Shown: positions 29,104-38,944 of the stretch, one piece after another
How positions within the stretch are numbered: position 1 is the first letter of the stretch
How the letters are laid out: each line of letters opens with the position of its first letter
DNA from: an uncultured Rhizobiaceae bacterium
Lineage (GTDB): Bacteria > Pseudomonadota > Alphaproteobacteria > Rhizobiales > Rhizobiaceae
NCBI GenBank assembly: GCA_951813045.1
Contig: CATOTF010000001.1
Coordinates: 287,956-351,955 of the forward strand
Length of the DNA: 64,000 bases
Reading direction: 5' to 3'
Notes under the pieces: generated by a model
What the model saw: only the letters and a program-made list of their open reading frames with translations
The model's database searches: none
Told to the model about the DNA's origin: nothing
Made by a program: the position numbers and the translations under genes

Positions 29104-30068
29104 GCCTGTTGTCGGTCCATGATCTCAAGGTTCATTTCCCGGTCAGAACGGGCAAGTTTGGCGACGGTAAGTCCGTGGTAAAGGCCGTTGATGGCGTCGA
29201 TTTGACAATTGACGTGAATGAAACCCTTGCAGTTGTCGGTGAAAGCGGGTGCGGGAAATCCACTACCGGCAATGCGATTTTGGGCCTGGCCCCGGTCACC
29301 GGCGGCAAAATCTTTTTCGAAGGGCGCGACCTGTCGGGCTTGTCAAAAGCGGAACGCAAGCATGTGTGGCGCGAAATGCAAGTGGTTTTCCAGGACCCGG
29401 TTTCGGCACTCAATCCACGACGCACCATAGCACAATCGATTGCCGAGCCCCTGGTCATTCACAATTTTCCTCCAGCTGAAATCGCGGCCCGTGTAGACGA
29501 GTTGATGACGCTTGTCGGCCTGAACAGGGATCAAAGGGACAGGCGTCCCGGCGCATTGTCGGGTGGGCAGCGGCAACGGGTCGTGATTGCCCGCGCGCTT
29601 GCCCTGAATCCCAAACTGATTATCTGCGATGAACCGGTGTCGGCGCTTGATGTGTCAATTCAAAGCCAGATACTCAATCTTTTGATACGCCTTCAGGATG
29701 AATTGGGCCTGAGTTACCTTTTCATCGCGCATGACCTTTCCGTTGTGCGCCATATCGCCGATCGTGTTGTCATCATGTATCTGGGTGTCGTGGTGGAGCA
29801 AGGCCCAACCGCTGAGGTCTTTGCCAATCCGGTTCACCCCTATACCGAAGCGCTGATTTCAGCGATTCCACTGCCCGACCCATCCTTGCGGGGGAAGCGT
29901 AAACGTATTGTCTTGAAAGGCGATCTTCCCAGCCCGCTCAATCCGCCCGTGGGATGCCCTTTTGTAACGCGGTGCCAACTAGCAGAAAGCCAGTGCGAAA
30001 CGGATCGTCCCCCGTTGGAACCAATCACAGAAACACGGATGAAACGTTGCTTTGTTAGGCAACACTAA
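29100..30068 (+). CDS. ABC transporter ATP-binding protein (DppF/OppF-like)
   Basis: Walker A GESGCGKST, signature LSGGQRQR, Walker B LIICDEPVSALD. Confidence 0.9.
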   Translation: MSLLSVHDLKVHFPVRTGKFGDGKSVVKAVDGVDLTIDVNETLAVVGESGCGKSTTGNAILGLAPVTGGKIFFEGRDLSGLSKAERKHVWREMQVVFQDPVSALNPRRTIAQSIAEPLVIHNFPPAEIAARVDELMTLVGLNRDQRDRRPGALSGGQRQRVVIARALALNPKLIICDEPVSALDVSIQSQILNLLIRLQDELGLSYLFIAHDLSVVRHIADRVVIMYLGVVVEQGPTAEVFANPVHPYTEALISAIPLPDPSLRGKRKRIVLKGDLPSPLNPPVGCPFVTRCQLAESQCETDRPPLEPITETRMKRCFVRQH

Positions 30069-30303
30069 TCCGGTTCGGGAGAGATCAATTTGTTCATCAG
30101 AAAAATAATGGAACCCGTCAAATCGGAACTGTTCACATCGTGGATGCGTGCAGGCGGGCTCCATCAACTTGATGCTCGGCCAGGCGGCGATGCTGTACAC
30201 AAGCGAAAGGAGAATCTGGAAGCCAGTTCGATGAACCCCCAAAATACACTTAACCAGTAACTGACTCTGGCCTCACAAAGTGAGGTTATTAATGGAGGAA
30301 AAA

Positions 30304-31866
30304 ATGAAAAAATCAATTGTAGCAATAGCGATGGCCTTGATGGCCACCCAATCGGTTAACGCTGAAACATTTAGATGGGCGGGAAAGACAGACCCGCAAA
30401 CAATGGACCCACATGCGGTTAACTCCGCGCCGGTAATCGGGTTTTTGAACAACGTATATGAAGGGCTGATGCGGCGGGATCGCGACATGCGCATCGAGGG
30501 TGCCCTTGCAACCCGCTGGGAGCCAATCGGCGCGAAAGGCTGGCGGTTCTTCTTGCGGGAAGGGGTCAAGTTTCAGGATGGTTCTGACTTTACCGCCGAC
30601 GATGTCGTCTTTTCTTATGAGCGGGCAACCAAACCGCAATCGGACGTGTCGAGCTGGTTTGCAACGGTGACAGATGTAAAGAAAGTCGACGATTTCACGG
30701 TCGATTTTTACACCAGTGCCCCGAACCCGATTTTTCCCGATACAATCACCAACTTCATGATTATGGATCAGGGGTGGTCTGAGGCAAATAATGCGGCAAC
30801 ACCTGCCAAAGAGACGGAAAATTATGCTACAAGAAACGCCAATGGCACAGGCGCATTCAAGGTTGTTGAGCGGCAGCCTGACCTGAAAACGGTTCTTGAA
30901 CCGCACACCGGCTGGTGGGGTGAAGTAGAGCACAACATAACCAGGGCGGAATATACACCGATCCAAAACCCGGCAACAGCGGTCGCAGCGTTGCTTTCCG
31001 GTGAAGTTGATATGGTCAATCCGGTGCCGACCCAGGATGTTTCGCGACTGTCAAACAGTGCGGATGTAAAAGTACTGGAAGGTATTGAAGCGCGGGTAAT
31101 TATGTTTGGTTTTGCTAACCAGGCCGAAACCCTGAAATATACGGCTGATGCGGGAAAACCGAACCCGTTCCGCGACCCGCGTGTTCGCAAGGCGGTAAAC
31201 CATGCCATTAATGTTGATGCGATCGTGCAAACGATTATGCGTGGCTCGGCGCAACCTGTGTCGCAGCTTGTCAGTTCCACCATGCGCGGTTACTCCACAT
31301 CGCTTGCAGCACGACCTGAATACAATCTTGATAAAGCGCGTAGCCTGCTTGCAGAAGCCGGCTATGCAGATGGATTCAGTTTTGGTTTGAAATGCCCGAA
31401 CAACCGCTACATCAACGATGAGGCCGTGTGTCAGGCAGCCGTCGGGATGCTGGCCCAGATCGGGTTGAAAGCCGAACTGGAAGCTATGCCCGTCAGCAAT
31501 TACTGGTCAGAACTGCGTGCCAACAACTTCGATATGTATCTGCTTGGTTGGTCTCCAGGATCGTTTGACGCGGAGCACCCAATTCGCTTTCTCGTGACAA
31601 CACCAAACCCAGAGAAAAAACTTGGTAGCTGGAACTTCGGTGCATTTTCCAACGCGAGAGTTGATGAATTGTTGCCGCAAATTCAATCCGAGATTGATGA
31701 TACCAAACGGCAAGCAATGTTGGATGAATCGGCAAAGATTTTGCAGGACGAGGCCGGTTATGTACCGATGTATGTTCAGGCGCTTTTATGGGGCGCTCGC
31801 AAAAAAGTCGAGCTTGTTCAGCGCGCTGATAACTTCTTCATCCTGCGTTGGGTAACAGTCAAATAG
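30304..31866 (+). CDS. ABC transporter substrate-binding protein, family 5 (GsiB/DppA-like)
   Basis: Likely start at ATG 30304 (MKKSIVAIAMALMATQSVNA signal peptide), preceded by GGAGGA. The track ORF begins at GTG 30280. Confidence 0.9.
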   Translation: MKKSIVAIAMALMATQSVNAETFRWAGKTDPQTMDPHAVNSAPVIGFLNNVYEGLMRRDRDMRIEGALATRWEPIGAKGWRFFLREGVKFQDGSDFTADDVVFSYERATKPQSDVSSWFATVTDVKKVDDFTVDFYTSAPNPIFPDTITNFMIMDQGWSEANNAATPAKETENYATRNANGTGAFKVVERQPDLKTVLEPHTGWWGEVEHNITRAEYTPIQNPATAVAALLSGEVDMVNPVPTQDVSRLSNSADVKVLEGIEARVIMFGFANQAETLKYTADAGKPNPFRDPRVRKAVNHAINVDAIVQTIMRGSAQPVSQLVSSTMRGYSTSLAARPEYNLDKARSLLAEAGYADGFSFGLKCPNNRYINDEAVCQAAVGMLAQIGLKAELEAMPVSNYWSELRANNFDMYLLGWSPGSFDAEHPIRFLVTTPNPEKKLGSWNFGAFSNARVDELLPQIQSEIDDTKRQAMLDESAKILQDEAGYVPMYVQALLWGARKKVELVQRADNFFILRWVTVK

Positions 31867-31940
31867 CAATGTAACTGTCAACAGGCGCTTCGGCGGCAAT
31901 TTACCGTCGCCGAAGCTTCCTCGTTGCATGTGGGGTGTCC

Positions 31941-32903
31941 ATGTTTTCCTTCCTCGTACGTCGGTTTTTGCAAGCTGGCCTCGTCCTTTTGATTGTTGGC
32001 TTTGTTGCATTCTCGATGTTCAATTTTGTTGGCGATCCAATCGACAACATGCTGGGTCAAGAAGCCTCACAGGCAGATATTGAACGCTTGCGTTCCGTGC
32101 TAGGTCTGGATCAGCCGTTTGTTGTTCAATATTGGAAGTTCCTTATCAATGCACTGGATGGAAATTTCGGGATCAGCTACCGTCAGGGCCGCCCTGTTGC
32201 GGAAATTATCGCCGAACGGGCGCCTGCTACCCTGGAACTGGCGGCTGTGTCGGGTCTTTTTGCGATAACCGGCGGGATCGTTTTGGGAATCTTCACAGCC
32301 ATTCGACGCGAGGGTTTTCTCGCAAATTTCATCATGACTGTCAGCCTGATCGGTGTTTCCCTGCCAACATTTTTAATCGGAATTCTATTGATCTACCTGT
32401 TTTCAGTGGAGCTCGACTGGCTTCCAAGTTTTGGTCGCGGAGAGGTTGTTGATATTGGGGGGTGGAGCACCGGGTTCCTGACGGCGAGCGGTTTGAAAGC
32501 GCTTATACTGCCGTCAATAACTCTGGGTCTGTTTCAAATGACATTGATCATGCGGCTCGTACGCTCCGAAATGTTGGAGGTATTGCGGCAGGATTACATT
32601 CGGTTTGCGCGGGCTAGAGGCCTGTCCGAAAGGGCAATCAATTTCCGTCATGCTTTGAAAAACACGCTTGTTCCAGTCATCACGGTAACCGGTCTTCAAT
32701 TGGGCAGCATCATTGCATTCGCCATTATCACTGAAACTGTGTTCCAGTGGCCGGGTGTCGGCCTTCTGTTTATCAACGCCGTCCAGTTCGTCGATATTCC
32801 CGTCATGGCGGCCTATTTGATTCTTATTTCGGTGATGTTTGTGGCTATTAATTTGCTTGTTGATGTTTTGTACGTCGCAATCGACCCGAGGCTCCGGTCA
32901 TGA
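31941..32903 (+). CDS. ABC transporter permease (GsiC/DppB-like)
   Basis: ATG 31941 gives MFSFLVRRFLQAGL, the canonical N-terminus for this family. It contains YIRFARARGL. Confidence 0.9.
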   Translation: MFSFLVRRFLQAGLVLLIVGFVAFSMFNFVGDPIDNMLGQEASQADIERLRSVLGLDQPFVVQYWKFLINALDGNFGISYRQGRPVAEIIAERAPATLELAAVSGLFAITGGIVLGIFTAIRREGFLANFIMTVSLIGVSLPTFLIGILLIYLFSVELDWLPSFGRGEVVDIGGWSTGFLTASGLKALILPSITLGLFQMTLIMRLVRSEMLEVLRQDYIRFARARGLSERAINFRHALKNTLVPVITVTGLQLGSIIAFAIITETVFQWPGVGLLFINAVQFVDIPVMAAYLILISVMFVAINLLVDVLYVAIDPRLRS

Positions 32904-33841
32904 CCAACACAACATCTTCCAAACCGCTTTCAAGCTGGCAACAGGCCTGGCAAAGTGACCTTGCCTGGAAATTTCGACACAGCCCGATCGCTGTTGTGTC
33001 TTTGGTCATCACGGTATTGTTGGTATTGTCAGCGGTGTTTGCACCACTGGTTGCGCCGTACAATCCGTTTGATCCCGGCAGTTTAAATTTGATGAACGGG
33101 TTCACCGCGCCATTGACGCCCAACGCGTTTACCGGGGATGAATTTCTTCTGGGAACAGATGATCAGGGCCGTGATGTCTTTTCGACCATTCTCTACGGTA
33201 TGAGGATATCCCTGTTTGTGGGGTTCGCGGCGGTAACCCTTGGTTTGCTGATTGGTGTCACCCTTGGGCTGATTGCCGGTTACTTCGGTGGCTGGATTGA
33301 TGCTGTCATCATGAGGATTGCCGATGTTCAGCTCACCTTCCCATCAATCCTAGTTGCCATGCTTATCTTTGGCGTTGCAAAGGGATTCACCCCTGTCGAA
33401 TATCGCGATGAAGTTGCGATCTGGGTCCTGGTTATTGCCATAGGACTGTCTGACTGGGTGCAATTTGCGCGCGTTGTACGCGGGGCAACCCTGGTTGAAG
33501 TGAACAAGGAATATGTTCAGGCAGCGAAGCTGATTGGACGAAGTGCATGGTCCATCATATTTGGGCATATCCTGCGCAATGTTCTTTCCCCGGTTCTGGT
33601 AATCGCGACCATCTCACTGGCACTGGCCATCATCGCAGAAGCTACCCTGTCATTTTTAGGAGCGGGTGCCCCGCCAACTCAACCTTCACTTGGCACGCTG
33701 ATACGTGTTGGACAGGGTTTTCTGTTTTCGGGCGAATGGTGGATCCTGCTCTTCCCTTCCGTGACATTGCTTAGTCTGGCTTTAGCCGTGAACCTATTGG
33801 GAGATTGGTTGCGTGATGCGCTCAATCCAAAATTGAAATGA
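32900..33841 (+). CDS. ABC transporter permease (GsiD/DppC-like)
   Basis: 313-aa ORF with typical LGTDDQGRDVFS and EYVQAAKLIG motifs. Confidence 0.9.
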   Translation: MTNTTSSKPLSSWQQAWQSDLAWKFRHSPIAVVSLVITVLLVLSAVFAPLVAPYNPFDPGSLNLMNGFTAPLTPNAFTGDEFLLGTDDQGRDVFSTILYGMRISLFVGFAAVTLGLLIGVTLGLIAGYFGGWIDAVIMRIADVQLTFPSILVAMLIFGVAKGFTPVEYRDEVAIWVLVIAIGLSDWVQFARVVRGATLVEVNKEYVQAAKLIGRSAWSIIFGHILRNVLSPVLVIATISLALAIIAEATLSFLGAGAPPTQPSLGTLIRVGQGFLFSGEWWILLFPSVTLLSLALAVNLLGDWLRDALNPKLK

Positions 33842-33842
33842 C

Positions 33843-35543
33843 CTGTTAGAAATAAACGACCTTACGGTAGAATTCCCGTCTCGCCATTCTATCTTCAAGG
33901 CGGTTTCTGCGGCAAGCCTGACTGTCGAGCCCGGTGAAATCCACGGGCTTGTTGGTGAATCGGGCGCCGGTAAATCAACTATCGGAGCCGCGATTATGGG
34001 CCTGCTGGAGCGTCCGGGATATGTTGCGGGCGGAGAGATATCGTTCAAATCCGAGTTGACCAGCGGTCTGGATGCCGACGCGATGCGCAAACTTCGCGGC
34101 AAGAAAATCTCCATGATTTTCCAGGATCCGCTAACGTCCCTAAACCCACTGTTAACGGTGGGTGCGCAATTAACGGAGACAATCGTTGCGCATCTCAAGA
34201 TGAGCCAAGCCGATGCTCGTGAGCGCGCAAGAGACCTTCTGGACCGTGTGGGTATTACCGACGCCGAGGCCCGGTTGGATCAATATCCGCACCAGTTTTC
34301 CGGTGGCATGCGCCAACGTGTCGTCATAGCGCTGGCCTTGTGTTCAGAACCTGATGTGATTATCGCTGACGAACCCACCACCGCGCTCGATGTCGCGGTT
34401 CAGGCACAAATCCTTGACCTGATAAAAGAGCTGACCGTGGAACGTCAGGTCGGTGTCATCCTGATCACCCACGACATGGGGGTCATCTCGGATACGACAG
34501 ATCGTGTTACCGTCATGTACATGGGTGAGGTTGTTGAAAGTGGACCAACATTGCAGGTTATGGGTAAGCCTCAACATGAATATACAAAATCGCTCATCGC
34601 AGCCGTGCCCCGACCACAGGTGAAACTGAAGCGATTTTCGCAGATCAGTTATGGGGGCCGCGAAACGCGGTTTGCAATTGAAGACCTGTCGCGTAATTGG
34701 CCGGAATATTCCAATCAACCGGGCAAGCCACTCTTGAGTGTATCAAACCTCAAGAAGCGATTTCCAATCTCCCGCAGTATTATTCCGGGCCGCACAAAAT
34801 GGCTCACCGTTGTGGATGATGTATCGTTTGACATAATGCCCGGTGAAGTATTCGGCGTGGTTGGCGAAAGCGGCTCGGGAAAATCCACCCTGGCCCGCGT
34901 CATCAGCGGCCTGCATGATTTGGACGACGGTAAGGTCATGTTTGACGGTAACGTTGTAAACGATCCGTCAGACCGGGAGGCTCAAGACAGGTTCCGCCGC
35001 GAAATCCAGATGATCTTTCAGGATCCTTTTTCTTCATTAAACCCGCGAATGCGGGTGATGGACATCATTGCGGAGCCTATTCGGCACCACAAATTGCTTG
35101 TCGGTGGCAATATAAAACAACGGGTGGATGAACTGTTGGACCAGGTCGGATTGGGTACATCAGCGGCGGCCAAGTTCCCGCATGAATTTTCCGGTGGTCA
35201 ACGTCAAAGGATATCGATTGCGCGCGCTCTGGCAACGCAGCCCCGTTTCCTGATTTGCGACGAACCAACTTCCGCACTGGACGTATCGATCCAGGCTCAG
35301 ATCCTCAATATCCTGAAGGACCTGCAGGAATATCTCGGCTTGACGATGCTGTTCATTAGCCACGACATGCCAGTCGTTCGCCAAATGTGTGACCGGGTTG
35401 CGGTCATGCGAGGCGGCAAGCTGCTTGAAGTGCAAAAGACAGATGATTTGTTTGAAAACCCGCAGACTGCTTACACCCGCGAGCTGCTCGACCTCATGCC
35501 GCATCTTGATGGACTGTCGCAAGAAGGATTGGAACTGCAATGA
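33843..35543 (+). CDS. Fused double-NBD ABC ATPase (GsiA-like architecture); start codon unresolved
   Basis: There are two Walker A sites (GESGAGKST at about 33955-33981; GESGSGKST) and two signatures ([16 protein letters not shown]). The frame is open from 33837 with no ATG/GTG/TTG before Walker A. The coupled ATG at 33838 is in another frame (see finding). Confidence 0.75.
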   Translation: MLEINDLTVEFPSRHSIFKAVSAASLTVEPGEIHGLVGESGAGKSTIGAAIMGLLERPGYVAGGEISFKSELTSGLDADAMRKLRGKKISMIFQDPLTSLNPLLTVGAQLTETIVAHLKMSQADARERARDLLDRVGITDAEARLDQYPHQFSGGMRQRVVIALALCSEPDVIIADEPTTALDVAVQAQILDLIKELTVERQVGVILITHDMGVISDTTDRVTVMYMGEVVESGPTLQVMGKPQHEYTKSLIAAVPRPQVKLKRFSQISYGGRETRFAIEDLSRNWPEYSNQPGKPLLSVSNLKKRFPISRSIIPGRTKWLTVVDDVSFDIMPGEVFGVVGESGSGKSTLARVISGLHDLDDGKVMFDGNVVNDPSDREAQDRFRREIQMIFQDPFSSLNPRMRVMDIIAEPIRHHKLLVGGNIKQRVDELLDQVGLGTSAAAKFPHEFSGGQRQRISIARALATQPRFLICDEPTSALDVSIQAQILNILKDLQEYLGLTMLFISHDMPVVRQMCDRVAVMRGGKLLEVQKTDDLFENPQTAYTRELLDLMPHLDGLSQEGLELQ

Positions 35544-36160
35544 TCACGCTTTACGGATATGATACGATCAACACGCTCAAGGTGCTGGTGATGCTGTTGG
35601 AGACAAAACTGCCCTACGAACTTGTCTCGGTTAATATCAAGACGGGCGAACAACACCATCCCGAGTTTCTTGCGATTAACCCTGTCGCGAAAGTACCGGT
35701 CCTGGTCGACGGTGAACTCGTCCTCCCGGAATCCAATGCGATACTTATTTATCTGGCGAAGAAGGCGGCATGGGGAGTAGGGGATGAATCGAGCAGTCAT
35801 GACAAAATAGTCTCCTCGCTCTTTTTCCAGGCATCCACCCAAGGGCCTTATTTTGGACAGATTGAATATTGGACGGAATTCGCAAAAGTGCCGAACCCCG
35901 AAGCGCTGGCGCATTATCGCGAAATTGCAATGCGGGTGATTGATTTGATGGACACAGCGCTTGGCAAGAGTGAGTTTCTTTGTGGTGAAACTTACAGTAT
36001 CGCCGATATCGCGCACCATGCATGGATGCACCATTGCGCTCATTTAGGGCTTTCGCTTGAAAAAGTCCCAAACGTTATTCACTGGTATGAAATCGTGGGG
36101 TCCAGACCGGCAACAGTGGAAGCTATTGAGTTGCTCTCTTCCATGAAGTCCAGCGATTGA
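35540..36160 (+). CDS. Glutathione S-transferase
   Basis: 206-aa ORF with a thioredoxin-like N-domain (FLAINPVAKVPVLVDGELVLPESNAILIYL). It has an ATGA overlap with the ATPase gene. Confidence 0.85.
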   Translation: MITLYGYDTINTLKVLVMLLETKLPYELVSVNIKTGEQHHPEFLAINPVAKVPVLVDGELVLPESNAILIYLAKKAAWGVGDESSSHDKIVSSLFFQASTQGPYFGQIEYWTEFAKVPNPEALAHYREIAMRVIDLMDTALGKSEFLCGETYSIADIAHHAWMHHCAHLGLSLEKVPNVIHWYEIVGSRPATVEAIELLSSMKSSD

Positions 36161-36180
36161 TTTCACTGACATTGACAATA

Positions 36181-36207
36181 GCCGCATACAAATAACTTGT
36201 ATGCGGC
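36181..36207 (+). terminator. Perfect 10-bp stem-loop GCCGCATACA-AATAACT-TGTATGCGGC after the GST stop (possible terminator; no U-tract)
   Basis: The inverted repeat is read directly from the sequence, 21 nt after the stop codon. Lack of a T-run lowers confidence in intrinsic-terminator function. Confidence 0.3.
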
Positions 36208-36412
36208 GACGGCACTGGCCTCATATGAAATCCTAAATTCAACTCCTCAATATGAAGCGTACGACTAACCTCACCTTTTAAACATAACGCCACATACTAA
36301 AGCGTAGTGCGCCTGACGAGATTTAGGAATCCCTTTTTGGTCTGATTGAATAGCCCCTAGCTTTGTAGACGCCTTCTTTCCTAATTTTGAGGTAAGGAGG
36401 CCGTTATTGCCA

Positions 36413-36830
36413 ATTCAAAATACAGTAACGATTTTAACGCGAGGCGGTGCACCAGATTGTTGAGCGAGGGTATCCGGTTGCGGAGGTTTCGAAACGATTA
36501 GGTGTCAGTACGCACTCCCTTTATGCGTGGGTGAAGAAGTTTTCCCGGTCTGACGGATCCGGTTCAGATGATCAGCAATCCGGCAAGATACGGAGGCTGA
36601 AGCTGGAACTGGCACGGGCCATCGAGGAGCGCGACATCCTAATTTGGAGCAGGATAAGAAAACAGTCCGGTGAACTGTTTTTCCTGCGGAACGGCCACCG
36701 TGTACTTCGCCCTGAATATGTAAAAGGAGGGTGCAACACGAAGTACACGTTCATGGTTGAGCATCGATCTTCGTTATTGTGCTCAATCTTAATCTGTCGA
36801 CCTCAAACAACACACGAACCGGTGATGTGA
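36413..36830 (+). pseudogene. IS3-family transposase remnant (orfA plus a stub of orfB), frameshifted and truncated
   Basis: The HTH part is intact: HQIVERGYPVAEVSKRLGVSTHSLYAWVKKF. The upstream KYSNDF... segment is in another frame. An extra roughly 50 bp separates ERDIL from ATVYFA. The KYTFMVEHR orfB start then ends abruptly. Confidence 0.6.
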
Positions 36831-37023
36831 AGATAGTCAGGATGATCCTCTCCGCCCTGTAAATGCTCAGGCGGATTATGGAAGCTGACGTCAACAAATA
36901 TCTGGCTGAGCTGGAAGACATCGAGTTGCTGCATGCCGATAAGGTCAGACATTTCGAAGCCATGGGGTTGGAGGCTGACAATGATGATGCGCGGTCTTCG
37001 CCGGTTACAAAAGGTTCCGGAGA

Positions 37024-37812
37024 TTGCTGTTGAATCTGGTTGGTAATCAGCGCGGTCATGTCGGCGAACTGGCCGTCCATCTGATGAAGCCGGAATACGA
37101 GAAGGCGGTCGTTCATCAGATCAGAGGGTTCATGTGCAACGATCTACGCTCTTCCCTGCAAGAAAGTGCTGCAGTTGCACGAACAACCAAGTGTTCCGAA
37201 CATCTTTATTCGCTGAGCCTCAATCCGCCCCATGAAGCAGAAGTCTCCGCACGAGAGTTTGAAGCCGTCGCTGACAGGGCCAAAGAACGCTTGGGACTAT
37301 TTGGTCAGCCGCGTCTTCCGGTCATTCACGAGAAGATTGGTCAAGACGGCCAGTTGCGCCGCCATGCCCATGCCGTGTGGTGCCGCATTGATGTGGAAAG
37401 TATGACAGCGATCCACATTCCCTTCGATCACACCAAGCTTCAGGCATCGGGCAAGGAATTGTTTCTGGAACATGGCTGGGAACTGCCGGCAGGTTATCTC
37501 AACAAACAGGAACGCGATCCGCTCAACTTCACTCTGGAAGAATGGCAGCAGGCCAAGCGGAGAAAGAAAGACCCGAAGGTCATCAAACAGGCCTTTCAGG
37601 AAGCCTGGGCTTCATCGGATGGAAAAGCCTCCTTTGTAGCGGCATTGAAGGATCACGATTATATTCTCGCCTGTGGCGACCGGCGCGGCTTTGTTGCGGT
37701 GGATAATCAGGGCGAAGTCTACGCGGTTGCCCGCTATGTGGGTGTCAGAACCAAAGAAGCTGGTGCCCGGTTGGGCGATCTGGATGATCTGCCTTCTGTT
37801 GAGCAGGCGTAG
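37024..37812 (+). pseudogene. Conjugative relaxase, MobA/VirD2-type relaxase domain only (terminated after 262 codons)
   Basis: VVHQIRGF...YSLSLNPP...HEK..RRHAHAVWCRID...FTLEEWQQAKR matches the relaxase/mobilisation nuclease family. A stop follows VEQA, where full-length proteins continue. Confidence 0.7.
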
Positions 37813-37949
37813 TAGATGGCGGTTCAACTTCACGATATCGACCCCAAACAAGCGTTCAAGGCCAGCCGAGGGCTGGAAGGAATCAATGATGCTATCGGGC
37901 TCGATACTCATGACCGCGACACCTTCTTTGAGCAGCGCCGTTCAAGTAA

Positions 37950-38684
37950 TCTTCAGAGCAAGCTTGGGAGAACGGGTATGATCAACTCCAGCGCGGCGAT
38001 GTGCTGGTGATTGATGAAGCAGGCATGATCGGCTCGCGGTAAATGGCACGCTTTATCACCGAAGCAAGGAACCGTGGCGCAAAGCTGGTGCTTGTTGGTG
38101 ACGCGGAGCAACTCCAGCCTATCGAAGCCGGGGCACCTTTTCGGGCGATCACTGAACGATCAGGGGCTGCCAGATTACGGGAAGTGCATCGCCAGAAAGA
38201 AGTTTGGCAACAAAAAACTTCCCAGCATCTGGCCAAGGCCGAAACCGGAAAGGCACTTCAGGCCTATGATGAGAATGATCGCATTGTTCTGTTACCCGGC
38301 TGCGATGAGGCCATTGCCACCCTTGTTGAAGACTATGTCGCCGATATCTGCATCAATAGCGCCAATGCCACTCGTCTCACCCTTGCTCATCGCAGGGCTG
38401 ATGTGAAAGCGCTGAATGAACACATACGCGACCGGCGCAAGGAATTGGGGGAACTCGTCGAAGACATCTCCTGCAGCACCACCCATGGCAAACGACCCTT
38501 CAGCACCAGTGACTGTCTTGTCTTCACCCGCAATGATCGTGATCTTGACATCAAGAACGGTATGCCGGGCACGGTGACAAAAATCTCCAAAACCAGGATC
38601 ACCGTCCGTCTGGATGATCCCGCCCCTGATGGCGATCCGCGCAAGCAGCCATTCACCACCGTCGCCAAACATTTGTCCGGTTAA
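37950..38684 (+). pseudogene. TraA-type relaxase helicase-domain fragment with an in-frame TAA
   Basis: GDVLVIDEAGMIGSR-TAA-MARFITEARNRGAKLVLVGDAEQLQPIEAGAPFRAI is a contiguous RecD/AAA_30 Walker-B region. It is interrupted by an in-frame stop at 38040-38042. The Walker A part and the C-terminus are missing. Confidence 0.7.
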
Positions 38685-38944
38685 TCGCAAAGAGCGCCAG
38701 CCACAATGAATAAACCACAACTCGTCAACCAACACCTCAGGCCGCTTTTGGCTTTTTTTAACCCTTGTCGCTCGCGGGATATTCTCAATCGGCGGCACCT
38801 GGAAAGATGGCCCGATGTCGACATTAACAAGGTAAATTCAATATCGCCAAAAGGTGGTCTTTTACGTGATAAAATTATTTGGGATATTCGATGCTTAACC
38901 AGTTTTTCCACCTGATTATTGGATAATAGGAGCGTTATCTTAAC

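Noticed and set aside
36879-37034. A 51-codon ORF upstream of the relaxase (MEADVNKYLAELEDIELLHADKVRHFEAMGLEADNDD...), considered as a TraD/MobC-like relaxosome accessory gene.
   Set aside because: Only a vague resemblance from memory to the C-termini of small Ti-type TraD proteins. It is below the length at which I can judge homology by eye.
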